A stretch of DNA of 64,000 nt from the IMG/VR virus record IMGVR_UViG_3300037067_002168, positions 1 to 64,000 of that record, one strand, 5' to 3'. The position numbers and the translations under genes were made by a program. The notes under the pieces are model-generated. The model saw only the letters and a program-made list of their open reading frames with translations. It ran no database searches and had not been told where the DNA came from. Every line of letters begins with the position of its first letter. The first letter of the stretch is position 1. Shown one piece after another: positions 1-10,040 of this stretch. This DNA comes from a virus (taxonomy: Duplodnaviria; Caudoviricetes).

Positions 1-154
1 GCACAAAGAATGGCACGTATACGCTCCCAACCCTTTTCTTGCCGGGCAGCGGCGTGACAAGAGCGACATCAACGGGCGAGAGAACCCCACAAAGTTCTGG
101 GTAGCACCTCCCGATAACCAACCGTGCCTATTACTCCGATGTCCAAAGGAAGCC

Positions 155-466
155 TTGCCAGAGTTACGGGCCAAGGGCATCCACACGGGCTACTCACGCG
201 ACCCAGAGACTGACATTGACGTTGGGCTTATTGCGTGGGCGAACGCACCAGCGGGCGAGCAGGGGGCCTTGCTGCGGAAGTGGGTGGAAATGATCCAGTG
301 GGAGATTGCGAGCGAGCCGTCGATGGTTGGTGCGGTGTGGCACCCGGCAGTAATGGTAGAGGCTATGGCAGCCGCTTGCACGTGGCCGTGGCATGAGGTT
401 GTTGGCGGGACGGCGGAAAGTATAATGGAACAATTGCCTAAATCTGTAAAGGAGAGATTGAAATGA
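155..466 (+). CDS. hypothetical protein
   Basis: 103-aa ORF whose stop overlaps the next start (ATGA at 463-466). Confidence 0.5.
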   Translation: MPELRAKGIHTGYSRDPETDIDVGLIAWANAPAGEQGALLRKWVEMIQWEIASEPSMVGAVWHPAVMVEAMAAACTWPWHEVVGGTAESIMEQLPKSVKERLK

Positions 467-621
467 CCGAACAAGAAGCCCTATCGAAGTCATCGGGATA
501 TTTCAAGGGGAGAAAAATTGGCTATCTTCCGCTATCCGCCGCAAACGCCTTGGTTAAAACCGGCAAATATCGCTTTTTCCGCGCCGACTGCTGGGGATAC
601 ATCGTAGAAATGGTATCGTGA
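463..621 (+). CDS. small hypothetical protein (52 aa, MTEQEALSKS...)
   Basis: Read by eye; AAAGGAG RBS upstream; coupled to both neighbours. Confidence 0.6.
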   Translation: MTEQEALSKSSGYFKGRKIGYLPLSAANALVKTGKYRFFRADCWGYIVEMVS

Positions 622-1355
622 GCAACTACCACACGCAATCCGCTTTCGACGCCCGTATGGCCGAACGCCGGGCCAATTCCGTTGCTCCACTGCCGCTGCG
701 GTGCTGGTATCACTGTGCCATTATGGGCAACTATCGGGACGTGGTACGCGAACACGCAGCCATCTTTTCAGCCCTAGACCTTCGCCCAACGGCTTGCATC
801 GTGGGGCCGCGTGAAGGGGCCGATTGGGTATCGACGATTTGGCCCTGGGCAACGATCCACCACAGCGAAAATCTACTGTATTACGAGACGCCGACGCTAC
901 AGCGATTGTGGGAGGACTGCCAAGCGAATCCAACCGGGGCCGTTCTTTATGCCCACACCAAGGGCGTCAGCACACCCAATGACCTAGCCAAGGTTGGCTG
1001 GCGGCGGATGATGAACCGATTCATTATCGGCAACTGGCGGGCGAATCTACAAAAACTCGCGGTAGCCGACGCGATAGGAGCAAACTGGCAGGACTCAAAA
1101 GACTACCCCCACTTCGCTGGAAACTTTTGGATGGCTCGGTCCGATTGGATTGCCCGCCTGGACGCCCCAGTAGAGCATCGGGCAAGAGGCGGTCACTTTG
1201 CCAATCAGCCGTGGGAGAGGATGCATGCAGAGGTGTGGCTTGGCAGCAAGCCGTGGCACCACATAGAAAGTCTAGCCTGCCGGAATTGGCTGTTATGGCC
1301 GATGGAATCGGCTTATGATCTGCTTGGCGAACCTCGCCCAACGGGTGCAATGTGA
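618..1355 (+). CDS. putative glycosyltransferase-like protein
   Basis: Motifs YETPTL, VLYAHTKG, WRRMM, HFAGNFWMA and R..AEVW resemble a GT-like family common in viruses. Confidence 0.55.
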   Translation: MSNYHTQSAFDARMAERRANSVAPLPLRCWYHCAIMGNYRDVVREHAAIFSALDLRPTACIVGPREGADWVSTIWPWATIHHSENLLYYETPTLQRLWEDCQANPTGAVLYAHTKGVSTPNDLAKVGWRRMMNRFIIGNWRANLQKLAVADAIGANWQDSKDYPHFAGNFWMARSDWIARLDAPVEHRARGGHFANQPWERMHAEVWLGSKPWHHIESLACRNWLLWPMESAYDLLGEPRPTGAM

Positions 1356-1825
1356 CTCCTCACATTCTCAATTGGCTGCAAACCGTGAAGGGGCGATGGT
1401 CGTCGTCCCCGGCGTCGATCCTGGAAATTGGCAGCCGAGACGTGAACGGCTCGCCACGATCGGTGTGGACGGGCTGCCAGCGATATATCGGCGTGGACCT
1501 GGAAGCGGGGCCGGGCGTGGATGTAGTTGCCGACGCCCACACTCTTGATTTACAAGAACAGTTCGGCTTGATTCTATGCTGCGAAATGCTGGAACACGAT
1601 ACCGACCCAATGGCAACTGTTGCGGCGTGTCGTCGCCACCTATCGCCGGGTGGCATTCTGATAATCACCACGCCCGCCAACGGGTTCCCTGACCATAAGT
1701 ATCCCAAAGACTATTGGCGATTCATGCCCGACGCCTACGCCGATCTGTTTTTTGTAGGCATGAACATTTTGGAGGTTGTCAGGATTGAGGGGCCAACACT
1801 TTGCGGTGTCGCCGCTACGGTATAG
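1352..1825 (+). CDS. class I SAM-dependent methyltransferase
   Basis: ILEIGSRDVNGS, YIGVDLEAG, LCCEMLEH, DYWRF. Confidence 0.85.
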   Translation: MTPHILNWLQTVKGRWSSSPASILEIGSRDVNGSPRSVWTGCQRYIGVDLEAGPGVDVVADAHTLDLQEQFGLILCCEMLEHDTDPMATVAACRRHLSPGGILIITTPANGFPDHKYPKDYWRFMPDAYADLFFVGMNILEVVRIEGPTLCGVAATV

Positions 1826-2738
1826 CCCGGTAGACTTGGCATTCAAGTTCGCTCGATACCGTCTCTGTGTGCCCGTCCGCGAATGTGACAATTACAATAC
1901 CCGGATGGATCGACGGTAATGGCGACCAGTATTTGACGTTTCCTGGCGGATCGACGTAAAATGTACCAGCCAGCATGTTCGACAACACGCTATTTGGCAT
2001 CGTTGGTTGTGGGGCCGGTAGTGGCTGCGGCGGATAGTTCGGCCAAGAGAAGCCAAGCCTGCCAAGTATTTGATCGGTCCACTGTCTGCTTGGTGTGGGC
2101 GTTGACGGCACGTAATCGCCTTCGGCCGATACAGGCGTGATGATCTTTTCGCCAAGCATTACAGTCTGAGCCCGGGAAGTTACGCTTGCCAGAGACGGAC
2201 AAGTGACGCCTGCCGCGTGGTTTCGGAACAAACCAGATATTTCAACCAGCCCGGTATCGCCATTTTGGTTGAACGTGTTATTCACGTTGACGTTGTACAG
2301 GCCTAGATTGACAACATAAGACAGCGGGCATTCAACGGTGGTGTCGTTGTCGTCGGGGCAGACTAGCGACGGGATTCGCGGGGTGGGTGAAATGCCATCG
2401 CCATCTGCTGTTGACGTGTCGCGTCCATACCGCCAACCTTTCATGCCGCCTTCATTATCCTTCCATAGGTCATTGCGACCGAGATACGGAAACAACACGG
2501 GCACCCAGCCTACCGTTGTTCCGCGAACCAAGTTTAATGCGCCGGGCAAGTGCCTTTTGGCTGAATCATATTGTGCGATTGCCAATGCAAGTTCATGCTG
2601 ATTGTTTGTGCATTGGGTGATTCTGGCACGTCCACGAACGGACTGCATGGCCGGAAGCAATAGACCAACCAGCATACTGATAATCGTGATGACCACCAAA
2701 AGCTCGACCAACGTAAACGCTTTTTTAAGCATAATCAA
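1815..2738 (-). CDS. DUF1559-family prepilin-type N-terminal cleavage/methylation protein
   Basis: KKAFTLVELLVVITII...LLLPA.Q..R..AR..QC.NN N-terminus and C-terminal H-X9-DG motif (HPGIVIVTFADG). Confidence 0.92.
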   Translation of the reverse strand: MIMLKKAFTLVELLVVITIISMLVGLLLPAMQSVRGRARITQCTNNQHELALAIAQYDSAKRHLPGALNLVRGTTVGWVPVLFPYLGRNDLWKDNEGGMKGWRYGRDTSTADGDGISPTPRIPSLVCPDDNDTTVECPLSYVVNLGLYNVNVNNTFNQNGDTGLVEISGLFRNHAAGVTCPSLASVTSRAQTVMLGEKIITPVSAEGDYVPSTPTPSRQWTDQILGRLGFSWPNYPPQPLPAPQPTMPNSVLSNMLAGTFYVDPPGNVKYWSPLPSIHPGIVIVTFADGHTETVSSELECQVYRAIP

Positions 2739-2848
2739 TTCTCCTAAAGTAAGTGTTTATCCAGGCCCTTGCCGATAAAGCGTAGTGCGGTCATGGGGTG
2801 GGGGCCTTTTGAAACAGGATATACAATAAATAGTCTGTGCTTCGGTTC

Positions 2849-3091
2849 CTATGCGATGAGTCTTATGTGTGTGTATCCGTGTCGAGTTGCCCACAGCTTT
2901 TCACCGATCATAATGCTTGATGCGCCTCCCCAAATATGGGTTCCAATTACAGATTCGATGTTATCTGGAACCCCTCCCTCCAGTATTAGGGCCGATTGCC
3001 CGGCAGGGTCGTTGTTGAATTGCTCCAAAGTCAATCGTGCCGTCAGGTCGGGCAGTCGAGTTACGCCAGTGATTATTGCATTGATACTCAC
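2849..3091 (-). CDS. hypothetical protein
   Basis: 80-aa ORF in a co-oriented small-gene block. Confidence 0.6.
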   Translation of the reverse strand: MSINAIITGVTRLPDLTARLTLEQFNNDPAGQSALILEGGVPDNIESVIGTHIWGGASSIMIGEKLWATRHGYTHIRLIA

Positions 3092-3094
3092 AAA

Positions 3095-3268
3095 TTATTT
3101 CCTTTCGTTTTCGTACCAACTCTCAGGAATGGCCCTCAGCGTTCTCTCGAATCGCTCCTCAGCTTCCCGCTGCTTCCGGTCTTCCAACCGCTTCAGCCAC
3201 GCGGCAACGAAACCCACGGCCACGGCGGCATAGAAAGCGTATGGGGCAAGGTTAGGTAAGGAAGGCAT
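3095..3268 (-). CDS. small membrane protein
   Basis: Start MPSLP after AGGGAG RBS; hydrophobic N-terminus and charged tail. Confidence 0.55.
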   Translation of the reverse strand: MPSLPNLAPYAFYAAVAVGFVAAWLKRLEDRKQREAEERFERTLRAIPESWYENERK

Positions 3269-3270
3269 GG

Positions 3271-3483
3271 TCAGGCTCCCTTGTTCGCAATAAGTTCCCG
3301 CACGTCCCTGATATGGTCCCACTGAGCTTTATCCAACTGGTCCCAATGTTTCCAGTTGTCAACCGTCCTGGCCATTGACTCCTCGTAGTATCTGTCACGC
3401 CAGAAATTGACTTGGTATTCCAGACTTTCGATACGATCGAACCAAGGAACAAATGAGCGAAAAAGGTTGATGATGGTTTGCAT
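3271..3483 (-). CDS. hypothetical protein
   Basis: AGGGAG RBS; 70 aa. Confidence 0.6.
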   Translation of the reverse strand: MQTIINLFRSFVPWFDRIESLEYQVNFWRDRYYEESMARTVDNWKHWDQLDKAQWDHIRDVRELIANKGA

Positions 3484-3485
3484 GG

Positions 3486-3821
3486 TCAGGCTCCCTCAAT
3501 TTGTTCTTTCGCCGACAAGTCAGCTATTCTGTTTCTATGCAACGGCACCCCCAAAACTTTTTCGCAATGACACACCATACAGTTTGGCTTTCCACAATCG
3601 TGTGCATGTTTCTTCCGAAACTTGCCTAGCGGCTTTTTGGAGTCAACGGAAATGCCCCACAACTTCGATTGCCGAACCATCACGGTTTCATCGTCATGCC
3701 ACCGCTTCATTGTCAAGCCCCCATATCCGTCATTAACTTGCGGCCTCGTATTCGAGTTTGATGTACTCTGTATCACGGAGGTCCGCCCTGACTCACACGG
3801 CAGGGCGATAATCGCTATCAA
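3486..3821 (-). CDS. hypothetical protein with DCGKPNCMVCH metal-binding motif
   Basis: Cys/His motif; true start probably at internal MKRWH. Confidence 0.55.
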   Translation of the reverse strand: MIAIIALPCESGRTSVIQSTSNSNTRPQVNDGYGGLTMKRWHDDETVMVRQSKLWGISVDSKKPLGKFRKKHAHDCGKPNCMVCHCEKVLGVPLHRNRIADLSAKEQIEGA

Positions 3822-4079
3822 TCACATTGTGATCAGCTCATGGTGGTCTCCGTGACCCGTCCCATCGGTGCCTGGACGGTATCGGTACAGCGGCAGACGG
3901 TCGCGGGAGGCGTCGAGTTGCCTCATCTTTGCAGCCGGGAACATTCCGAACCGGACGCATGTACGCTCGCTATCGTCAAACGTGTCGTACAGCAATGCTG
4001 CCTTGTGCTTGATTAGCGTCTCGGCACTTCGGTAACTGTCTTGGCGTTTTTTGATCGGGTCGCAATCATCGGGTAACAT
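3822..4079 (-). CDS. hypothetical protein
   Basis: 85-aa ORF with GGAGA RBS. Confidence 0.5.
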   Translation of the reverse strand: MLPDDCDPIKKRQDSYRSAETLIKHKAALLYDTFDDSERTCVRFGMFPAAKMRQLDASRDRLPLYRYRPGTDGTGHGDHHELITM

Positions 4080-4090
4080 GGGTATCTCCG

Positions 4091-4615
4091 TTAGGGTGTT
4101 TGTGGGTAATAATGCTCAATGGTCGTATGCGCCCAATCGTAGGCGTTTGATGGATCGTTTCGGTTGCATTCGTCGGTGGCGGCGTCCGCCTTGGTGGCGT
4201 TCTCATGCGTACTAATGAGCCGCAATCCGTCTGCCTCTCGCACAAAAACGGCAAACGAATCTGAGTCGTTGCACAAGACCGGATTGATTGCGGGCAAGAG
4301 GATTTTACCCTCAATCGACTCCATGCACTTCGTTCCCTGAACGCGGCGCTGTTTGCACTCTGCGACATCCTCAAAATCACCACTGCCATCATCGGGCGGC
4401 GGTGGGTTCGCCCATTCTTCATCGAGAATGTAGCCTCGACCAAGCATTCCGCGAATCGTTGTGCGAAGCGCCTTTAGGCTAAAATCCTCCACGTCGGAAT
4501 AGATGGGCTTTTTGGATTGCGGGTCGATCCGGTACAATCTGCCTCCATACACCGTTGCGCCGCTGTCTTTTATGGACTTGATTTCTGCCGCAGTCATTTC
4601 GTGAACGCTTTTCAT
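4091..4615 (-). CDS. hypothetical protein
   Basis: GAGG RBS; ATGA overlap with upstream ORF. Confidence 0.6.
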   Translation of the reverse strand: MKSVHEMTAAEIKSIKDSGATVYGGRLYRIDPQSKKPIYSDVEDFSLKALRTTIRGMLGRGYILDEEWANPPPPDDGSGDFEDVAECKQRRVQGTKCMESIEGKILLPAINPVLCNDSDSFAVFVREADGLRLISTHENATKADAATDECNRNDPSNAYDWAHTTIEHYYPQTP

Positions 4616-4863
4616 GGCAACCTCTTCGGGTAATTGTCCAAAATCGTATCCATTAGCGTTTTCAAGACACATAAAACCTCGTGTTTCCGGTTTGTGTCGG
4701 CGCAGACTCGGCCCATCGCTTCACAATTGATACGAAAATCGATTTCGCCGCTATCAACTCTACTGCCATTTATTTGCAGGGTGGCCAGAACCATATCCTT
4801 GGAAGCAATGGCTTCTCTGGCGGCATTCGGAATAAACTGTATGTTTGGCATGGTTATCTCCAA
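4612..4863 (-). CDS. hypothetical protein
   Basis: 83-aa ORF coupled to the downstream gene. Confidence 0.55.
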   Translation of the reverse strand: MEITMPNIQFIPNAAREAIASKDMVLATLQINGSRVDSGEIDFRINCEAMGRVCADTNRKHEVLCVLKTLMDTILDNYPKRLP

Positions 4864-4869
4864 TTCTGT

Positions 4870-5061
4870 TTATTCCTCTATAAGAGCAATAAAGCGGTCC
4901 AAATTACTAACACATTGGCAGCGACTCATAAATGCCCTGATCTGGATTCTCCCGCGATCGTCCGGTCCTGCGATTATGCGAACATGCCGAGTATGCCCGT
5001 TGCTCGCTTCGTACTGCCATCGCTGGCCTTCCTGAATTGCGGACAACTTTTTTGCATCCAT
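4870..5061 (-). CDS. hypothetical protein
   Basis: MDAKKL start after GAGG. Confidence 0.5.
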   Translation of the reverse strand: MDAKKLSAIQEGQRWQYEASNGHTRHVRIIAGPDDRGRIQIRAFMSRCQCVSNLDRFIALIEE

Positions 5062-5124
5062 CCTCGATCGCCGATTCAATCGCCTCGTAGATACGCTCTG
5101 CCGCATCCTGGCTGCCGCCGAGTA

Positions 5125-5463
5125 TTAGTCGGCTGCCTCGATAATCGCCTCTACCGAGGTGTCGCAGTTGCACACGCTGTAGACGGGATTGCCATCCGTG
5201 TATGCGGCACATCGCTCATCGTCGTCCATGCCATCGACCAGTTTTGCCGCGGCATCACTCACCTGCTGTGGCGTCAGGCCGGCATCCCGGAGGGCCGCAG
5301 CCACGGCCGCATCCCACACGCCGATCTCACACCACGGATCGGCTGTCTCACGGGAGAATTCCTCATCCAGCCATCCTTGCGCCTCATCCAGTGAGTTGTT
5401 GCCGGAAAATCGGTCGCCGTAACCGTCCAGCATCGCGGCCATCTCCGCAGTTTCGCTTGCCAT
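5125..5463 (-). CDS. hypothetical acidic protein
   Basis: GGGAG RBS; first gene after the promoter at 5554-5582. Confidence 0.65.
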   Translation of the reverse strand: MASETAEMAAMLDGYGDRFSGNNSLDEAQGWLDEEFSRETADPWCEIGVWDAAVAAALRDAGLTPQQVSDAAAKLVDGMDDDERCAAYTDGNPVYSVCNCDTSVEAIIEAAD

Positions 5464-5553
5464 TTCCGTACTCCCATTCCTCATCCCGCACTCGGCAGCG
5501 GACTCCCCGGCCTCGTTGCCCGGCCGGTGGGCTCTTGTCTTCCACTAACCACT

Positions 5554-5582
5554 ATTATAAATAGTATCGGTTGAAAAGTAAA
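5554..5582 (-). promoter_or_regulatory. sigma70-type phage promoter
   Basis: TTTACT-N17-TATAAT within ctatttacttttcaaccgatactatttataatag; near-identical to the copy at 17284. Confidence 0.85.
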
Positions 5583-5699
5583 TAGGTATTTAGAAATAAT
5601 TTTTGCCGTATTATATACCCCCCTATACAGGTTATACTGACTCGGTTTGACGGTTTGCAGATCGGGGTATAATTACCGTAGTAGGGGAGGTATGAAAGA

Positions 5700-6677
5700 A
5701 TGGAAGATGGAAACAGCCGATGCGTCTACACCAATTGGTCACCTATTGCGCAGACTTCCTGCTGTTGGGGGATTACCGACTGCAGCGATTGTAGAACTAA
5801 ACTACAGATTGATAACCTGCAATTTTTAAGTCGCTGGCAGGACTCCTTGATAATCTTAAATCGCCAGCGGCAAAAGACGCACGATCTAAGAAATCTAATC
5901 GCCGGTTGTCCTGCCTTCTTACTATGCGGCGGACCTTCCACTAACGATCAACCATTGGAAAAATTATCGGGCCGTGGGATATGGTCGTTGGCTGTAAATA
6001 ATATGGCTGGACATCCAAGGATTCGACCGCAAGCATTTGTCTGCTCTGATCCCCCCAGTAAGTTCAGTCACAGTATCTGGCTCGATCCAGGTATTATGAA
6101 GTTCGTCCCAACTCCGAAACTTACTTCCAACCGTCGCGGATTGCTGAGGAAGAAGATCAACGGCGTGTTCTCATCCCTGGATAAGACGACGGTTGACTGC
6201 CCAAACATCTGGGGTTTCCAACGAAATCCCTGGTTGACCCCAGATGACCAGTTCTTTCTGTCAGACGGTGCCTGCTGGGGCAATCACGACAAAGGCGCTA
6301 CAGCCACAAACCAGGCAAAGACCGTCTGTACAATGCTACTAGCTCTAAGAATACTGTATTACTTAGGCGCTAGAACGATCTTTCTAGTCGGCGTTGACTT
6401 CCGAATGACGCCAGGAATAACCGGATATTCCTTTAACCAAGCCAGAGACGATGGTGCAGCGGCATCCAATAACGCTCAATTTGCTACCGTCAACGACTGG
6501 TTAGTTAAGATGCAAGAAGACGGCGTGTTTAGTCGGTTCGGCTTAACCGTATATAATACGTTTCAGCATAGCGGTCTTCGTGCTTTTCCCTACCTGCCTT
6601 TCGACGAAGCAATGATCATGGCGAAAGGTATAATAGAAGATCAGCCAAATCTGAGCCACTGGTACGATAAGAATTAA
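5700..6677 (+). CDS. Maf/DUF115-like glycosyltransferase-related protein
   Basis: AFLLCGGPS, SLAVNN, FVCSDPP, IFLVGVDF. Confidence 0.55.
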   Translation: MEDGNSRCVYTNWSPIAQTSCCWGITDCSDCRTKLQIDNLQFLSRWQDSLIILNRQRQKTHDLRNLIAGCPAFLLCGGPSTNDQPLEKLSGRGIWSLAVNNMAGHPRIRPQAFVCSDPPSKFSHSIWLDPGIMKFVPTPKLTSNRRGLLRKKINGVFSSLDKTTVDCPNIWGFQRNPWLTPDDQFFLSDGACWGNHDKGATATNQAKTVCTMLLALRILYYLGARTIFLVGVDFRMTPGITGYSFNQARDDGAAASNNAQFATVNDWLVKMQEDGVFSRFGLTVYNTFQHSGLRAFPYLPFDEAMIMAKGIIEDQPNLSHWYDKN

Positions 6678-6684
6678 GGTTACA

Positions 6685-7056
6685 ATGCCGTTGATACAAG
6701 AGACGAAAGTGTGGGGCACCGTATCACACCTGTTCACATCAGAACATGCCGCCGTGAGTCTGCTACAGTTGAACGCCGGATTCCAATGCTCGCGTCACCT
6801 GCATAAGATGCGAGTCAACCAGTTCACTGTAATATCAGGTATAGTACAGATTCAAGAATGGTATCAGAGCGGAGAGTTTCACGTAAAAACTCTACTTCCA
6901 GGAGATACGCACTGCGTCGGCGTTGGAGTATTGCATAGGTTCCGCGTGTTGGAATCAGGTACTATGGTTGAGGTCTACTGGCCAGTAGATGTTGATGACG
7001 CTGTAGTACGGCAGGATGACATCGTGCGATTCGACGAAGGTGGACCTGATGCCTAG
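6685..7056 (+). CDS. cupin-domain protein (sugar isomerase-like)
   Basis: KVWG...CSRHLHKMRVNQFTVISG...LHRFRVLE. Confidence 0.8.
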   Translation: MPLIQETKVWGTVSHLFTSEHAAVSLLQLNAGFQCSRHLHKMRVNQFTVISGIVQIQEWYQSGEFHVKTLLPGDTHCVGVGVLHRFRVLESGTMVEVYWPVDVDDAVVRQDDIVRFDEGGPDA

Positions 7057-7876
7057 TAACCTACCTAACTACACGCTAGTCGTAGTCGTCGATCATCGGC
7101 ACCTGAGTCAACTGGCGATGACTTGGAAAACTTGGCAACGCCACAAGCCGTCCACGATGGATTGCCCAATCTTGATCGTCTACGACAGGCAGCAAGTCTT
7201 ACCGTCGAGAATCGTCGATCTGTTGGGTACCGATTCGCTAGGCGGCGCGGGCGTTCAATGTTATTCTTGGCCGCCGACTGACGTTGAATACCCGGCGGGA
7301 ACCGATAAGTGGACAGACTCGCAAAGGTATCGTATGCTGTCAGGGTTTGTACATGCCACGGCGAAGATGGTCGATACACCCTTCTGGCTCAAGTTAGATA
7401 CCGACGTTGTGGCGACGGGACAAGACAACTGGATTGATCCAAATTGGTTCTCAGATAATCCGGCGATCGTAGCGCAACCTTGGGGATTCACCAAGCCAGC
7501 AAACCAGATGGTTGATCTAGATACTTGGGTGGCTACTCACGGTGACGTGCTTACAGAGTTGCGTAGTAAACCGCCGTTGAATCTGCGGCCCAAACCAGGT
7601 TGGTCGATGATTCGTCATCCGAGGATCATCAGCTGGTGCGGATTCTTCAACACTGAGTTCACTAGGAAATGTAGTGAGTGGGCTGAATTGACTTGCGGTC
7701 ATGGTCTACTGCCCGTTCCTTCTCAAGATGGATTTATATGGTACTGCGCTGCTCGTCTCGGACTACCTATTGTTCGACCACAGATGAAGAATCTGGGGTG
7801 GGAACACTGGTCCACCGACGGCAACGTACAAAAAGCCTACTTGAAGGCGATGGAGACAACAGATGTGCGCAAGTAA
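7049..7876 (+). CDS. putative glycosyltransferase
   Basis: DXD motif FWLKLDTDVV; cluster context. Confidence 0.55.
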   Translation: MPSNLPNYTLVVVVDHRHLSQLAMTWKTWQRHKPSTMDCPILIVYDRQQVLPSRIVDLLGTDSLGGAGVQCYSWPPTDVEYPAGTDKWTDSQRYRMLSGFVHATAKMVDTPFWLKLDTDVVATGQDNWIDPNWFSDNPAIVAQPWGFTKPANQMVDLDTWVATHGDVLTELRSKPPLNLRPKPGWSMIRHPRIISWCGFFNTEFTRKCSEWAELTCGHGLLPVPSQDGFIWYCAARLGLPIVRPQMKNLGWEHWSTDGNVQKAYLKAMETTDVRK

Positions 7877-8522
7877 ACTACTTCGTCGCAGTGGAGTCGC
7901 CTGCGGACTGATTGCTGATGTACTAGGTTGGCGGGCCGACACAGTGATCCAGGTTGGCATCGGCCAGTACCACCAAGAGGTAGACGTGCTTAAGGAGGAG
8001 TGGCCTGGCGTCCGATTCATCGGATTCGATCCGTGCCCAAACGTCGCTGATGACTATCCAGGAGTTCTTTTTCAACACGCCATCTCAGACTCAGACGGAG
8101 AGGCCATATTCAACGTCAAGAAGCACCACAAGGACGGTTCATCACTCTACGAGATGGACGGTGCCAACGGCTGTGAGAAGATTAAAGTAGTCACTCGCAG
8201 ACTAGACTCGTGCATCGTAGCAACCCAGGCAACCGGCCGCATTCTGTTATGGCTTGACTGTGAAGGTAGCGAGTTAGCGGCATTACGAGGCGGGGGTGAG
8301 TTGGTTAAATGGATTGATATGGTCAACGTAGAGATGACTTCAAAGCCGCCAGGACCAGACTGGTGTAGTCCCACGGAAGTCCATCGGTGGCTGACTTGGA
8401 ATGGATTTCTTCGGCAGTGGATTCACACAGGTAGGATTTCTAGCGGACAGTATGATGCTGTATATGTCAAACCAAATCTGTTCAAAGCAGAATACTGCTG
8501 TGACCCGGTAAGCCTACTATGA
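7863..8522 (+). CDS. FkbM-family methyltransferase
   Basis: AISDSDG, RRLDS, LWLDCEGSELAALRG. Confidence 0.85.
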   Translation: MCASKLLRRSGVACGLIADVLGWRADTVIQVGIGQYHQEVDVLKEEWPGVRFIGFDPCPNVADDYPGVLFQHAISDSDGEAIFNVKKHHKDGSSLYEMDGANGCEKIKVVTRRLDSCIVATQATGRILLWLDCEGSELAALRGGGELVKWIDMVNVEMTSKPPGPDWCSPTEVHRWLTWNGFLRQWIHTGRISSGQYDAVYVKPNLFKAEYCCDPVSLL

Positions 8523-9427
8523 GACGAGTAATCTACCTGATGAGTGGGGCAGCCCACGCGCCCTACCTTCTTTGCTCGATTTACACGCTGCGTAAGCACT
8601 GGAGTGGAATAACCGAGGTACATGCCTGGTCCGAATCCATCTCTATCGTGGAACAGATAGCTAAAGACAAAAGCCTAGGTATCCAACCACATTGGAGAGA
8701 ACCGCATTACCGTGGAAAGAACGACCAGTTTATTGACAAGATACGATTAGCCGCTTCTTTCTCTACAGAAGACACGATTCTGTATCTTGACGCGGATACT
8801 ACAGTACATGGTCCGTTGAATTTACTATTTGATACAGCAGAAACGTACGGATTTGCAGCAACCCAATTCAACGACTGGACTACTGATTCTAGCATGATGC
8901 GGAGTCGGATAGAGACGCTTCGCCAATACCCAGAGATTGACCCTAGACTAATTGACCAGACGATTGGCTATCGCTGGCCTAGCGTCAATGGCGGCGTCTG
9001 GTGCTGTAAGCCTGATTCGTTGGTTCTTCCGCTCTGGCTTGAATGGTCTTTAGCCGCCTCTATCAAACGTGGAACTTATATTGCTGACGAGAAGGTATTA
9101 CACCTGATGCAGACAAAGTACTCTCTCGATTCGGAGATCGTTCCTACGCCGATTTGCTATTCCTTCAAGACTATTAAAGAACAGGGTAGATACAACTGTT
9201 CACCAGTTCATCAGTCGCCTGGCTTAAAGGACGAAGACGTAGTAATACGCCACTATCACGGTGACAGTAACGTGCGTAAGGAAAAGAGCCCGAAGGGTTG
9301 GAATCTATGGTGGCCGATCTACGATGAGTGCCTACGAGGCAATGTAGGAAACGTACAGAGTTGGCGGCAAGAGGCAGAGCAGTCAAACAAGTGGATGCGG
9401 AACTTACCTAGAGAAGTAATTTCATGA
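8519..9427 (+). CDS. putative glycosyltransferase (GT8-like)
   Basis: ILYLDADT, SVNGGV, IRHYHG. Confidence 0.65.
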   Translation: MRRVIYLMSGAAHAPYLLCSIYTLRKHWSGITEVHAWSESISIVEQIAKDKSLGIQPHWREPHYRGKNDQFIDKIRLAASFSTEDTILYLDADTTVHGPLNLLFDTAETYGFAATQFNDWTTDSSMMRSRIETLRQYPEIDPRLIDQTIGYRWPSVNGGVWCCKPDSLVLPLWLEWSLAASIKRGTYIADEKVLHLMQTKYSLDSEIVPTPICYSFKTIKEQGRYNCSPVHQSPGLKDEDVVIRHYHGDSNVRKEKSPKGWNLWWPIYDECLRGNVGNVQSWRQEAEQSNKWMRNLPREVIS

Positions 9428-10014
9428 TTCTATATCAGTTCAAAGATTACGAAGAGTATCTGACATCTCAGCGCCGGGGTTCTACGCGAAGGCCGAACAG
9501 GCGACCCGGCGCTATGCCTGGGCAGATCGATCGTATAGCAAATTACTGGTATGCCAATCGACCAAAGCCGCCAGAACACGGTATCTGTCATGGAGCGCGC
9601 TGCGGAACCGAGGTAGAACTGCTCAAGAGTAAGTTTGGTATGGCTAAAATACTAGGAACTGACTTAAATCCAGTCGATAAGAATACCGTGATTGAATGGG
9701 ACTTTCATCTACAGAAAGACGAGTGGGCAGGTGCGTTTGATTTCGTTTATACGAATAGTCTCGACCACTCGCCAAAACCAGAAGAGTGCTTGACGACATG
9801 GGTTCAGCAACTTACGTCGGTTGGTATGTTATTCGTCGTGTGGGCGCATGGATGTCGATTAGACGGCCGTCCATTGCCACATCCTGGCGGAGACTGCTTT
9901 GGCGCTTCATTGGATGAGTATATATGGCTGATCAACAAGATCATACCGGTACGTGACCTACTGTGGTGCCCTTCTTCTTACAATCAAGTAGTAATCGTAG
10001 CTAGTCAATCCTGA
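9424..10014 (+). CDS. SAM-dependent methyltransferase
   Basis: GICHGARCGTE, ILGTDL, FDFVYTNSLDHS. Confidence 0.75.
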   Translation: MILYQFKDYEEYLTSQRRGSTRRPNRRPGAMPGQIDRIANYWYANRPKPPEHGICHGARCGTEVELLKSKFGMAKILGTDLNPVDKNTVIEWDFHLQKDEWAGAFDFVYTNSLDHSPKPEECLTTWVQQLTSVGMLFVVWAHGCRLDGRPLPHPGGDCFGASLDEYIWLINKIIPVRDLLWCPSSYNQVVIVASQS

Positions 10015-10040
10015 ATCTATTCACGCAACAGATAATTACA

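Noticed and set aside
4681-5394. Long plus-strand ORF and similar antisense ORFs (e.g. 13894-14430, 53144-54013, 48179-48928)
   Set aside because: They overlap better-supported genes on the opposite strand and lack RBS or motifs.
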